IMG/VR virus record: IMGVR_UViG_3300025671_000082
Location: 1-54,824 of that record
Direction: 5' to 3' (one strand)
Source: a virus
Lineage: Duplodnaviria > Caudoviricetes
DNA length: 54,824 nt
Shown: positions 18,227-29,311 of the stretch, one piece after another
Position numbering within the stretch: the first letter of the stretch is position 1
How the letters are laid out: each line of letters opens with the position of its first letter
The notes under the pieces: model-generated
Database searches by the model: none
The model's input: only the letters and a program-made list of their open reading frames with translations
What the model was told of the DNA's origin: nothing
Made by a program: the position numbers and the translations under genes

Positions 18227-20402
18227 AGTCAGACTCCTTTACAGCGTTTAAGTCTAGATTACCCTTTTCAGGGATTAGGTGGATAGCATCCATCTGCACC
18301 AAGATATGATACAAAGGATCCATCTCGTACAACTCTACAAACTTTTGACGGACGTGATTAAACATGTGTCCCATGTTACCAGCATGGCAACCAAAGGAGT
18401 CATGTACAACAGTCACTTCGTAGTCTGCATCATGTACAACCATAGTCAAATGCACAGCATCTAAACTATGAACAATATTTGGGGAAGCGCCTGTCTTTTG
18501 TTTAGTCTTTTTAAGTGTCGCTTCTTTCCATACTTGTATGTTAAGCTTAAGTATGTCATCCCCATAATAAAGCTGAACACGCTTCTTTTCAGGGTCTCTG
18601 TAAGAGTGTACAAAAGGAAACCCTGTTACAATTTGCTTATAGGTAATAGGCTTGTCTTTTTCATTCTCTTGTACAGCAAGCTGCTCAAACATACTAAGCA
18701 TTTTAGCGGGGCCGGGAAGCTTTTCATAGCACAAGGAATGGACAACACGACCTAACTTGTAGCCCCAAGAGTCATGCATGTCCCGGTGGTATTCCGATAG
18801 GTCACGAGTATCGTCAATGATTTGTTGACCCATACCTCGCTCAGTACCTCCGTAAGCTAGTGTCATAACATTTCGTTTGAGTGTTTTACGCCAGACCTTA
18901 CGGTCAGTAATCTTAGACCAATAGATAGGCATTGAGTCTTGAATATACTGATAGTTGTGGTTTTTAAACTTCCCAAACTTTTGCCAAGCAAGCCTGTTCT
19001 TTTCTGTCTTAGGTTGATACTTCTGCAAGTCTTCTAAGGTGCTTTGCCACTCTTCAAAGAACTTATCAAACTTGTCTTTGTCTGATTTCTTTACTGTTCC
19101 AAGCAACTCCTTTATTTTTGCTATTGTGTGGTCTGCAATAAACATATAAACATCACCGGGTAGGTCTTGAGGAACAAGATTAACCAAGGGAGCAATCTCT
19201 TCGTCTTTAGACATTGCTACTAGGTGTTGTACTCCGTTGTTTGACCCATCAATGTAAATAGGTAAGCATGAGGGGAAATCTTCTGTTGGCAAGCCATCAC
19301 CATGCCAGTTTGATAGCATAGAGAACTCGTAACAAGCCGCAAGAAAACATAACGGTTTATCAGCATCCATCCAAGCGTTATTACCAACAGGATCATCAAC
19401 ATAAAGCAAGATGTCGTCCATGTTGTCTTGAACCCACTGGACACGATCATCAAGAGAGACCTTATCGTTACCCCACATATTAGCCGTATGAACAGAAAGC
19501 CAGTATAACCCCTCTTCCCCTAGGGGTACTGGTGTGTCTAACAGCAGCAAACCTTTTGCGTTATCTGAAGACTGCTCATGAAGAAATGCTGTATTAGGGT
19601 AGATACGACCTCGGAAATCAACGTTGTAAAGGTGGTAGAAAGTGTTGTCTAAGTTTCTTTCTGCCAGAGCTTCAATGGCGTTGAGTTCAATTAGCAAAGA
19701 AGCTTTCTTTTCTTTGTCAATTTCTTTTGAATACTTGAAGGGTGTTTTTTTTAGGTTGCGTGTTTTCTTGAACACATCAAATACGAAAGAGTTAATACGC
19801 CAGCCGGTTTGTCCCAGCTTGTTTAACGTATCGATAAGATAAGACATGTCATTATTCTTTACCTGTTTAATCGCATTCTCGTGAGCGTGTTTGATTAGAC
19901 TAACCCCAGTTTGCTTGTGTAGAAACTTATTGTACTCCCAAGGTTCAGGAGCAGAGATAAGAGGAAACAAATCAACGTTCCCTTTGTCTACTAGATGCAT
20001 CATTTCTTGAATAGCATCCATGTTGCGGACTTGAATGTAGTAAGTAGGGTGTTTGTCGCGTTTCCCCTTTGAATTCTTCCTGTGTTCTCCTTTGTAAGAT
20101 AATATGTTCGTTTCGAAGTAAGAGATCAATATAAACCAACCGATGTGGCAAGCAGTAACAGCGTCTTCTGTCAGTTTTTCCCGACGCATAACTGCTGAAC
20201 CCATGCCTTTAACAAGGTTCGATAGGGTTGATTGTCTCTCAATTGCTTGCAGAACATGACCGTAAGTCATTTCTATTAAGTAAGTCGGATCTAGTTCTGC
20301 AACTTGATAAGCTTTGTTTCTTTTGTCAACAGAGCCAGTTTTACTTATCATTGATTGTTGTCTGAAGTTTAAGTCTTCAGCAAGTAGCTCTATAACATTC
20401 AT
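18213..20402 (-). CDS. Stand-alone single-subunit (T7-like) RNA polymerase, about 729 aa (ATG 20402 preferred over GTG 20444)
   Basis: DFRGRIY, motif A DGSNNGVQH, motif B RKTLKRNVMTLAYG, PNIVHSLDA, motif C HDSF; AAGGA SD before 20402. Confidence 0.95.
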   Translation of the reverse strand: MNVIELLAEDLNFRQQSMISKTGSVDKRNKAYQVAELDPTYLIEMTYGHVLQAIERQSTLSNLVKGMGSAVMRREKLTEDAVTACHIGWFILISYFETNILSYKGEHRKNSKGKRDKHPTYYIQVRNMDAIQEMMHLVDKGNVDLFPLISAPEPWEYNKFLHKQTGVSLIKHAHENAIKQVKNNDMSYLIDTLNKLGQTGWRINSFVFDVFKKTRNLKKTPFKYSKEIDKEKKASLLIELNAIEALAERNLDNTFYHLYNVDFRGRIYPNTAFLHEQSSDNAKGLLLLDTPVPLGEEGLYWLSVHTANMWGNDKVSLDDRVQWVQDNMDDILLYVDDPVGNNAWMDADKPLCFLAACYEFSMLSNWHGDGLPTEDFPSCLPIYIDGSNNGVQHLVAMSKDEEIAPLVNLVPQDLPGDVYMFIADHTIAKIKELLGTVKKSDKDKFDKFFEEWQSTLEDLQKYQPKTEKNRLAWQKFGKFKNHNYQYIQDSMPIYWSKITDRKVWRKTLKRNVMTLAYGGTERGMGQQIIDDTRDLSEYHRDMHDSWGYKLGRVVHSLCYEKLPGPAKMLSMFEQLAVQENEKDKPITYKQIVTGFPFVHSYRDPEKKRVQLYYGDDILKLNIQVWKEATLKKTKQKTGASPNIVHSLDAVHLTMVVHDADYEVTVVHDSFGCHAGNMGHMFNHVRQKFVELYEMDPLYHILVQMDAIHLIPEKGNLDLNAVKESDYAFA

Positions 20403-20581
20403 GCAATGGTTATTCCTTTTGTTGTGGACTAGGTGAGTTTTCACTCCACTTTGTTTAGGACTGTATAACCGTATTTTAGTCGTCTAGTTTGCCTGAAACA
20501 CCAAGACACACTACAATTACGAAAAATGCGGTTATCATACTTTAAATTGCTTTCTTAAAAAAAAATTAGTTGATTAAAGGT

Positions 20582-20612
20582 GCCCCGCCACCCCCGAAGG
20601 GGCAGCAGGGCT
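20582..20612 (-). terminator. GC-rich UUCG hairpin upstream of the RNAP gene
   Basis: GCCCUGCUGCCCC-UUCG-GGGGUGGCGGGGC; the U-rich tract is offset from the stem. Confidence 0.55.
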
Positions 20613-20618
20613 TTTGGT

Positions 20619-21014
20619 TTATTTTACACGGTTGAAGTAGGCGCTAGTCATGTCGTAGACTTTTACCCAGTTGTAAATTGAACCAACTGAACAACCAAAG
20701 ATGTCTGCTGCCATACGTGGGTTGAACTTAACTGCGACCTTACACGCAGCCATACGTTCAGCATCGGTAAAACCGCCGTAGTAACCGATTTTGTTTGCAC
20801 AAGCAGCTTCTACTTTTTGGATAGAACGCCACACAGTAGACCCCGATACCCCGTAGAGAGCACCCAACTGTTTATAAGGCATGAGGTTTATTTTGCGGAT
20901 TGCAATTGCCTCTTTAATTTGAGCGTCGGTCAGAGCGTTCAACTTGTTACCCCAGCCGGTCAAGTTAGGTGTCTTGCGGGTGTTTTTCATAGCTTTAGTC
21001 ATATTAATCTCCAT
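20619..21014 (-). CDS. Putative DNA-binding protein with two helix-turn-helix-like motifs
   Basis: YKQLGALYGVSGSTVWR and AADIFGCSVGSIYNW. Confidence 0.65.
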   Translation of the reverse strand: MEINMTKAMKNTRKTPNLTGWGNKLNALTDAQIKEAIAIRKINLMPYKQLGALYGVSGSTVWRSIQKVEAACANKIGYYGGFTDAERMAACKVAVKFNPRMAADIFGCSVGSIYNWVKVYDMTSAYFNRVK

Positions 21015-21018
21015 TCTT

Positions 21019-21840
21019 TTATAGGGTTAGTTGTCCGTAGTAGTTAGGGGCGATACCAGATTCTTCCCCGTAGTCAACGACTACAAAGAGTTCACCGTCA
21101 TAACAGATATCAGCCCAGATAACGGGTAGAGGTTGTTCAGGGTGACACCAGTAGTAGGTACCGTTTTCTTGCCCGTTATAGACAAAGCCGTCAAGGTCTA
21201 CTGGTTCAGGTAGCTTGTCCTCATGTTTTGCAAGGATCTGACCTGCTATGTTGAAGATGTTAAACATTACGTAGTCGCTCACGCAACTTCACCGAGACAG
21301 TTCTCAAGAACAGTGTTGTAAACTTGTTCAGGAGTTGCTTCGGGATTTTGATAAATAACAGAAGCAAGCTGAATAAACAGATCTACAAAGCGCGACTCTG
21401 ATGATTCATAGATAGCTTGGAAGACCGCCATAGGGTGTGTTCCATTATCACGAGCTTCTGCAGTAGACTCAGAAACATCACCGATGTAGTAGCATTCTTC
21501 AACTGTACGTACTTCTTGGGCAGAAGTTTTTTCACCGATAGTAGTCCACATTGAGATTGTCAGAGAAGCGATCAGAGCAAAGGCGGTGATAGATTTAAAG
21601 ATAGTTGTCATGCCGTGTTCCTTTCTATTACAGGCAGTTTTCTTTGAAAGCTTTAAAGTCAGCTTTCTCTTTTCGTTTTTCCTCAGTATCTCCAATTACA
21701 AGGAGAATTACCCATACAAGCAAAGGAGAAACAATAAGCCCAAACACAGCCCAACCAAAACCGTTCCGACCACGATTCTTTGCCATTTTGTAGGAAATGA
21801 TAGTAAAGATGATAATGAAGATTACGAGGTAGATATCCAT
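21019..21840 (-). other. Three small early ORFs (21019-21282, about 21279-21611 exported, 21628-21840 membrane protein)
   Basis: ORF track; hydrophobic N-termini. Confidence 0.55.
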
Positions 21841-21872
21841 CGTTGGTTTTCCTTTTTCGGTTTAAGTTTTCT

Positions 21873-21895
21873 ATTATAGAGGGGAATACTGCCCC
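21873..21895 (-). promoter_or_regulatory. Class B motif (TGGGG-N7/8-CCTCTATAAT), candidate early promoter upstream of the RNAP operon
   Basis: Four intergenic copies, all confined to the early region. Confidence 0.65.
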
Positions 21896-24708
21896 AGTTT
21901 TATGGAGTTTTAGTTTTTCTCCATTGGGTCGTGTGTAGGTAGATCAAAGTCGAGTGTATTAAACACTGCATCATCATCTTCAGGAATTAGCCCTAGATCA
22001 ACCGCACCTGATGTTACTGCTAGGAGCGGAGAGTGGTCCCCATAGATTGGATGCTCATAAAATACAAACCCGTATTCCCGGTGTATCTCTGTAGCATTCT
22101 GATCAATTAACCAACGACGATTATGAGAGGTTTTTACCCAGTGATCGAAGTCACAGTCTTTTCCATAAGGGTTCATTTTTCAGTCCCAGAGGTTTGTGAG
22201 GTTTTCAGCAACAAAGTACAAAGCTTCTTTTGCAAGTGCTACTTTGTGGTCTTCAAGTTTGTCTGATATAGTGTATTCAAGAAGGTTACTACCGTGAATA
22301 AGTAGTTCTTCCTGCCATACATGTACATTTGGGTATTCATACGGATAAGAGTTTATGTTCTTTGACCACTCTACCATACGCTCACCAAGCCATTGACAAA
22401 GAGATATGTCGAGATTAACGCAGTCTTTACCAAGTTCTGTTTTGTAGAAGTCCTTCATTATTCAATCCATCCTTTGTTTTTCAAGAGAGTGGGTTGTTCG
22501 CTTATAAGTTCACAAAACGATTCCCAAATTTTTCGTCGATTTCCTTCTGCTAAAGGTAGACCGTAAGGTGCCCCAATTATAGTCAACTTAACTTCTTGCC
22601 GAGGAAAACCGTGCTCTTCTGCGAGGTAGTCGTAGATGTTTTTTACAGGTTCATTCATCTTTGTATTTCTCCTCAATCTTCGCCATTTCCTCGTAGTAAG
22701 CAGTCTTGGCAGTTGCCACAGCCTCTTCATAAACAGGCCAATCAGACTTTATAGTCTCTTTATAAGCAGCCCAAGCAGATGCTTCGATCTCTTTGTAAGC
22801 AGCCAAGGCAGCATCAAGTTCTTCTTCCTTACTGATCATTTTTGTGTTTCCTCTTCCTGTAAAGCTTCTGCTTTGTTTTCTTAGAAGTCACCACCCTAGG
22901 TCTGAACTCAGGTGACTGCCAAAGTTCTTTCGCAAGGTGGTTTCTTGGTTTGATCTTTTTCGCCTTTCCCATGTTTAAACCTCGTAAGTAGGTGGTTAAG
23001 TTTAGCTCTGTATCAATCCACTACTTGTATAACTTCTGCGTTTTCCCACACGCTAAGTTCTTCCTTCAGTTCCTCAACACGGTATGAATAGGGTGGTCCT
23101 ATCTCCAATGCTCTCTCCAAGTAATGACTGCTATACCGTATTCTTTCACGTATTTTCTTCTCCGCCGCCTCTCTAGACCGGAAGATACTGTAGTGGCGAG
23201 GGTTCTCCACAAACGTATCAGAACGGACGTAGCCAAGACCCCCGGACATAATCACCCATACGCTAAGTTGTTCGATCATTGTTTAGCTCCTTCTTGATTA
23301 CTTTTACTGACCCAATCATATCTCCCAGATCGCCAAAGTCGCCTAGTTGCAGGTCGTCACCAAACAGCATCCTATTGAACCAATCGATGCTTTCCTCATC
23401 GTTACCGTGAATAAGATCAGCATCATAAGTCAGATCGATTACTAACCGGATTGTCTTGTCACTCATTTCCTACCTCTTAACTCCAAAGAAGGTGTTTTCT
23501 TCAATCTTCTGCATCAGTCGTCGTCCTTCGTGCCATCAAGGTAGAACCAGTAGTTGCGTTCCAGAAAAGTAGTGTGAAAGCGATAGTTAATTTCCTCTGG
23601 GTCTATATCCCCAAGAACTTCAAACGTCCAACCCTCGCCCAGAGAGAAGTGCCAATCACAGGAACCGTCTGAATAGGGGATGCGCTCACACTCCAGCTTG
23701 AGCAACCCCTCTAACGTAGTTGGTACAGTGACAGGTAGTTCGTTTATCCACATGTCCTCTAGCTTTTGTAGCTTTTCCAAGAAGAGGGGGAGGAGTTCTG
23801 CTTCATCAGCATAGCCAGCCAGCTTCTCCTCCAAGGTTTCTTCTTTCCCTTCTTCTTTAGCAGGGAACGTGAAGATATACACTTCCGTAAGTTCGTTGTT
23901 TGGTCCTTGAGGCCGCTTTGCGAATTGTACCTCCGAAACTCCTGCGTAAGACCCTTCAACCCCCATTCCGTAGGTGGCTTGCAATCCTGCAAAAAGGACT
24001 TCTTTGAGACGCTCTGGAGTAAAGGTGAGATAGAACGGTGGCAGAATTGAGTTGTTCTGTGTCATTTCTGTTAGTTTCCCGATACAAGAGTTATAGCAAC
24101 CATAGTCGCAGTTACAGCTAAAAGGAACAGGAGCCATTCAGCTTTGTTCATAGGTCGTTTAGTCCTTGATGTTCGTTTTTGTAAACCTCGTGGTCGAGTT
24201 CTTCGTAGGCTTTTTCGATTGCCAGCTTGAGTTGCAAAAGCTGATTACGACGTAACACCGTAGTACTATAATTATCGTATTCAGTAACACAAATCTGGAA
24301 AAAGGGTTCACCAGAGGATCGAAACACAGCGATTTTACAACCTTTAGTTTCTATTATTTCTTCGTGGAACACGGGTTCTTTCATTCCTTACTCCTTTGTT
24401 GTTTTAGTAACCACAGGCTTCTATGATTGACTTAGACGCTGAGTCCGCAGCAAAGACAGCCGTATTAGCTTCCTCTTCAGATAGGGTCAATCGGAACAAA
24501 CCTTTATCTGTGAACCACATTACAGCTTCTACTGTGATTGTGTAGTTGATTTGACTCGCCCAGACACGGTACAAGTTATGTTCACCGTCATCGTATAGCG
24601 CTGTGCCATCAGGGAAGCAGAAGATAACGTCAGAGGCGCTAGTAGCGTTGTGCGGTACTGCCGCGAAAAGGTAAGGGTTTTCGTAGCGTTCAGGTACTCG
24701 ATTAATGT

Positions 24709-24984
24709 TCATTTGTATCTCCATAAGTAGGTGTTTTGCCCGAGCAGGCCCCAGACCTTGCCCCAGATATTACCCCCGACATTGCCGTAGACATCGCCCT
24801 CGACATTACCCACGACATCGCCGTAGACATCGCCGCCGACATCACCCCAGACACTGCCATCGACACTACCTAAGACATCTCTGATGTGCAGATTGCCATC
24901 ATCATCCTCAATGAACGTGATTAGTTTTGCGAGTTGATCCAGTTGGGATTGGCTCAGGTTGGTTTCGAGTTTTTGTTCAGTCAT
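24709..24984 (-). CDS. G-[DSN]-V-x tetrapeptide repeat protein, paralog 1 (start reassigned to ATG 24984)
   Basis: 12-bp tandem repeats; N-terminus paralogous to 25028-25357; AAGGAG SD. Confidence 0.75.
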   Translation of the reverse strand: MTEQKLETNLSQSQLDQLAKLITFIEDDDGNLHIRDVLGSVDGSVWGDVGGDVYGDVVGNVEGDVYGNVGGNIWGKVWGLLGQNTYLWRYK

Positions 24985-25027
24985 TTTGTTTCTCCTTGAT
25001 TTCTTTCTTACATTCCTCAAGGTCGTC

Positions 25028-25357
25028 CTATTCGGACTCTTTGGCATTGCTTAAGACACTGCCCTCGACGCTGCCCCGGACACTGCCTAAGACACTGCCC
25101 CAGACACTGCCCCAGACACTGCCTTTGACATTGCCTCTGACATTGCCTCTGACATTGCCTCTGACATCGCCCACGACATCACCTAAGACACTGCCATCGA
25201 CACTGCCCTCGACATTGCCTCTGACATCGCCAAAGACATCACCTTGGACATCATCGATATACAGCTTGCCATCCTCGTCTTCGACAAAGGTGATGAGTTC
25301 CGCAATTTGATCCAGTTGGTCTTGCGTCATATTTGTTTTTAGTTTTTGTTCAGTCAT
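25028..25357 (-). CDS. G-[DSN]-V-x tetrapeptide repeat protein, paralog 2
   Basis: About 16 imperfect 12-bp tandem units. Confidence 0.75.
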   Translation of the reverse strand: MTEQKLKTNMTQDQLDQIAELITFVEDEDGKLYIDDVQGDVFGDVRGNVEGSVDGSVLGDVVGDVRGNVRGNVRGNVKGSVWGSVWGSVLGSVRGSVEGSVLSNAKESE

Positions 25358-26759
25358 TTTGGTTCCTTTCGTTTTTGTCTAAACCAGTGACTTACGTCGT
25401 CACAAGGATCGTCGGTTAGTCCCATTCTTCTACTTCACCCGCATAATACAACAACTCTTTCTCTAGTTGCTTATTACGCTTTATGCAATTTACATCTATT
25501 TTGTGGCCAAAGATTTCTAATTCAATTATTTCGATTTCTTTTGGCTCAAACCAACGAGGACTACCGGGAACCCCATAACTACAGAGTTCCAAGTAGCACT
25601 CGTAAGTTACAGTGAGGTCTTCAAAGTACTTACGACCAACTGCCATTACTCTTCTCCTTCTTTTACGTCCTCGTAGGTGTGACCCCACTTAGCATCTATT
25701 TCTTTTACTAGTTCCTTGAAAGAAACTTTCTTTAGGTATTCAGGGGATTTACGCTGTTTTGCTTTACTTTCGATTTTCATTTAACATCTCCATCTATACT
25801 CGCGAAGCTTGTTGTCATCTGGTTATTCCTCGTTGGGGTGGTTGTTTTAAATCGAGTAACACGCCACCAAGACGGCTGACCTTTATCGTTATGCACCAGT
25901 ACCATAGGAGCGCCAAAACAGCCTTTCGGCCACTCTGTACCGTTGTTAGGGTCAAACTCTAAAACAGTGTAGGTTTTCCCTATTGTTATATTTATGAAGA
26001 AGTCGCGGCTTGAAAATATCAACTTGTCCCCTTGTTTCATTCCTTGTCTCCTTTGTATTTTTTAAACTTTGAAACCGTTGAGCGGATATCATCGAAAAAA
26101 CCGTCAGAGGCTTTTACAAACTCAGAGAAAGGTTTGGCAGGGTTTGTATACACAGTGTACTTTTCACCAACCTTGTACCAGCTTGTTCCGGCGTGGACGC
26201 AAGTCACTTTCTTAGATGTTTCGGTGTAGTTGTTCATTTGGTTTCCAACCCATGCTCATCTTTGTCTTCTTTTAGCTTACCAAGCATCATTTCTGATACC
26301 GCAAGTTCGAAGTCCAAGACTTGTTCATATAGCTCTGGGTTATGTACTTCTAACGCAATCAAGACAGAAGAAAGAGTTCCTCTCAACTGTCCAACTTCTT
26401 TACAGTAGTCCCCTTCGGCGATTTCTTTGATACCTTCAAGAAGTTCGTTTCGTTTGATCTGAGTCATGCGTTTTCCTTTCTTTTATTTGGCTTTTTCTTT
26501 GAATTTGTTTTTGACAAGAAGCCAATAACATCATAAGAGAAAAACCCAATTATAGTCAATACGTGCATTTCATGAAGTGGCGATTGAAAGAACAGTGAGT
26601 AAAACATCGCTAGAGTTCCAAGAATAGGAAACTGTTTAACGAACCATTCTTTCTTGGTTACTGCATAAAACACAACAGTTAAAAACAGCCGGTAGCTAAC
26701 ACCAATTAGAAACAAATCCATTGGATTTTCCTTTTATGATGGGAGAAAGCCCGTACAAA

Positions 26760-27053
26760 TCAAGCGAAATGTACGGTAGCTTCCTCAACAAAGCAGGATG
26801 CTCTGTTTTCAAAGTATTCACGGGGAAGTACCCATTCAGCAAACGTGCCGTGGATAGCGTCTCCTTCACATACACCACGGTATGCGTTAAAGTGAGGGGG
26901 TAATTCGTCCATCACAATCTCTATGACAGCGCCTTTAGAGTATTTGGCGGCGTTGTCGTAAGAGTCAGTCCAGTGAGAGAAGTCACGGGTCTGAATGTCG
27001 TTTGCCAGCTCGTTTGCTTCACGAGGGCAGGTGCCACGGAAAAACTTGTACAT
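26760..27053 (-). CDS. Hypothetical protein with possible ADP-ribosyltransferase-like motif order
   Basis: FFRG...SHWTDS...A..Y...EWV. Confidence 0.4.
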   Translation of the reverse strand: MYKFFRGTCPREANELANDIQTRDFSHWTDSYDNAAKYSKGAVIEIVMDELPPHFNAYRGVCEGDAIHGTFAEWVLPREYFENRASCFVEEATVHFA

Positions 27054-28336
27054 GGTAGTCTCCTTTCTTTGCGTTATATTTCTACTGTGCGGATAAAACC
27101 GCTGCCGTTATCGGCTATACACTCGATAGCGTCTTCGTACGCTCTGTATGTATCGACGACGTAGACTTCACCGTCTTCCTCGTCGTGATCAAATACGAGG
27201 TAAAATTTAACGGCCTTTACTTCTTCCATATTAGGCATGGTAGTACTCTCGCTTAGTATAGTTGAGGTTCAGTGTGAGCAGTTTTACACCATGCTCAGGG
27301 TGTGAGTATTAGATGCAGCCTTTTTCGACTAACACCTCATACTCGTTGGGTCTTTTAACCTGTAACCCTACAGGCCATAACGATGGATGCATCGTGCCAA
27401 GGTGGTACTCACTACCACTCTTAGTACGAACTTTACGATCGTTATGAACAGCTACGATGCGAGTGGTTATCCACTCTACACCATTGAGTTTCCCTCTCAG
27501 GACAACTCCCCCACCGCTGAGTGGAGAGAATTTATAGTCTTCGATGACTCGCATGACAGCTTCCTTTCGCATGACAGCTTCCTTTCTTATTCGACTAGTT
27601 TTCTTGCGAGGAACTTAGCGTAGTCTCGCATTGCTTCTTCAGCGACTTCGATGGGTACGCAAGCGGCTATACCGTGTCCATCACAATATCCCAGCAAAAA
27701 ACCCTCAAGAAAAGGGTGATCTCCTGTATAGATTTCTACCTGTCCTTCACCGCAACAGTGTTCCTTACTGTTCTGGATAGAGACCTTTACACCTAAACCT
27801 ACAGGGTATGCGTGAAGGAGAGATAGGCTCCCGTTGGATTGATAGGGTGGTGTTTTGAGGTGTTCTTTAACTGTCAGCATTTGCTTTTGTTCCCATTCTG
27901 TGCAGAAAAAAAAAGTAGAAAGGTTAAGAGGGGCCAGCCAAAGCCAGCCCCTTTTGTTAGTCCTCCGCAGGGCCGAAGAGATCGGCTGCATATGCTGCCG
28001 CCTCCTGCCAAGCCTCATCCGACTCCTCCCCGAAAAAAGGATCGCATAAACGCTCACCGACCTCAAGAGCAAACTCCCGCTCGTGTGCGCACGGGACCGC
28101 TTCGAGCAGAGCCAGCCACAGGACTTCCTTGTCGTGCCGAGCATCCCAAGCCCCTGCGCGGGCCATGGCAAGCTCATGCTTCAGAGATAGCACCTCTTCC
28201 TCGGTGTAGGTAGAGTTGACAACCTCCAGCGCTTCGGAACGCCAAGTGGAACCTGTGAGGCAGTTCCAAACCTTTGCAAAGATTGACATGATGTCCTCCT
28301 TTTCTCTGCGTTAATACGTTCTAATTTGATTCTATC

Positions 28337-28359
28337 ATTATAGAGGGTAGAAAAACCCC
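28337..28359 (-). promoter_or_regulatory. Class B motif
   Basis: GGGGTTTTTCTACCCTCTATAAT upstream of ORF 27957-28289. Confidence 0.65.
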
Positions 28360-28433
28360 AGTTTTTATTGTACAAAGCCCGTACAATAATTTTTCCGAGA
28401 GGCCACTGGTATAGCAGCCCCTCGGATTTTATT

Positions 28434-28820
28434 TTAGTCCATGAATACGCCGACCGCACAGCCGCCGTAATACCCAACAGTCGCCAGCATGGGTCCAGTT
28501 ATTACAGTAGACCACCCAACTGAGCTTGCAGTGGCCCCCGTAATAAATGGCGCAGACAGCGCACCAGACCAGCCGACAGTAGAACCTGCGGCAACGCCGG
28601 GGCCTACGATCGGAGAAGCGGCAACTACGCCAATACCGATCAAAATTGATCCGGCGATACCGGCACCAATACCAATTGCGGCGTCTGTATTAGAGCATTC
28701 CGCAGTCTGTTCGAGACTATTTGTCTCCAAGTAATACTGGTTATTTTCCAGTCGATTGTCTGCGATTGCAGGTGTTGCCATTGCGATTACCAGTGCGGTA
28801 GCTGCGATTGAGGCTTTCAT
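28434..28820 (-). CDS. Exported glycine-zipper-like membrane protein (start reassigned to ATG 28820)
   Basis: AAGGAG SD, signal peptide, GxxxG-rich hydrophobic segments. Confidence 0.65.
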   Translation of the reverse strand: MKASIAATALVIAMATPAIADNRLENNQYYLETNSLEQTAECSNTDAAIGIGAGIAGSILIGIGVVAASPIVGPGVAAGSTVGWSGALSAPFITGATASSVGWSTVITGPMLATVGYYGGCAVGVFMD

Positions 28821-28845
28821 GAAGATTCTCCTTCTTGGTTTCTTC

Positions 28846-28868
28846 ATTATAGAGGGCCAAATTTCCCC
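28846..28868 (-). promoter_or_regulatory. Class B motif
   Basis: GGGGAAATTTGGCCCTCTATAAT. Confidence 0.65.
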
Positions 28869-28955
28869 ACTTTTTTTGGTCAAATTTATCAATTTTTAGT
28901 ATAAAATACTCCCAAATTTGGTAAAAAAGCCACCTCAAATAGAGATGGCTGTAGT

Positions 28956-29264
28956 TTATTTTTTACGCTTCCACGTAGATCTGTTTTTATTATTTTTTGA
29001 TCGATTAGAGGGTTTCAAATTGGATGGACGATTATCAGACCGTTTCTTGTTTTTATGGTCTATTTCTCGTTTACCCATAGGTTTTCCGGTAGACATTTCT
29101 TTAATTATACGGTGGACATACACCGCTTTTCCGTCAATACGAACAGTTTTGTAACCATCACCGTGGTTAGTTCCTGCCTCAGATCCAGCGGCTTTTCGGC
29201 CACGAGATTCTTTCCAGAAAAGTTTGCCTCCTTTTCGAGTAAACAATTTATTCCATTTTTGCAT
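28956..29264 (-). CDS. Free-standing HNH endonuclease (start reassigned to ATG 29264)
   Basis: HRII...IDHKN...DNRPSNL...N motif. Confidence 0.8.
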   Translation of the reverse strand: MQKWNKLFTRKGGKLFWKESRGRKAAGSEAGTNHGDGYKTVRIDGKAVYVHRIIKEMSTGKPMGKREIDHKNKKRSDNRPSNLKPSNRSKNNKNRSTWKRKK

Positions 29265-29289
29265 TATGGAATCCTTTCGTACTTTCTTC

Positions 29290-29311
29290 ATTATAGAGGC
29301 CAAATTTCCCC
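29290..29311 (-). promoter_or_regulatory. Class B motif, first element of the early region
   Basis: GGGGAAATTTGGCCTCTATAAT, near-identical to 28846-28868. Confidence 0.65.

Larger units (their letters stand above)
21910..28289 (-). other. Early region: about 20 small, tightly packed hypothetical ORFs
   Basis: ORF track; SD sequences and overlapping start/stop codons; no confident functional motifs. Confidence 0.7.

Noticed and set aside
24740-25250. 12-bp tandem repeats as a CRISPR array or DGR template/variable pair
   Set aside because: No unique spacers and the repeats are in-frame coding; no cas or reverse transcriptase gene in the window; differences are not evidently adenine-specific
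27587-28177. 196-aa ORF as given in the track
   Set aside because: Its 5' half overlaps ORF 27957-28289 and an intergenic A-tract; the real gene probably starts at MLTVKEH near 27881
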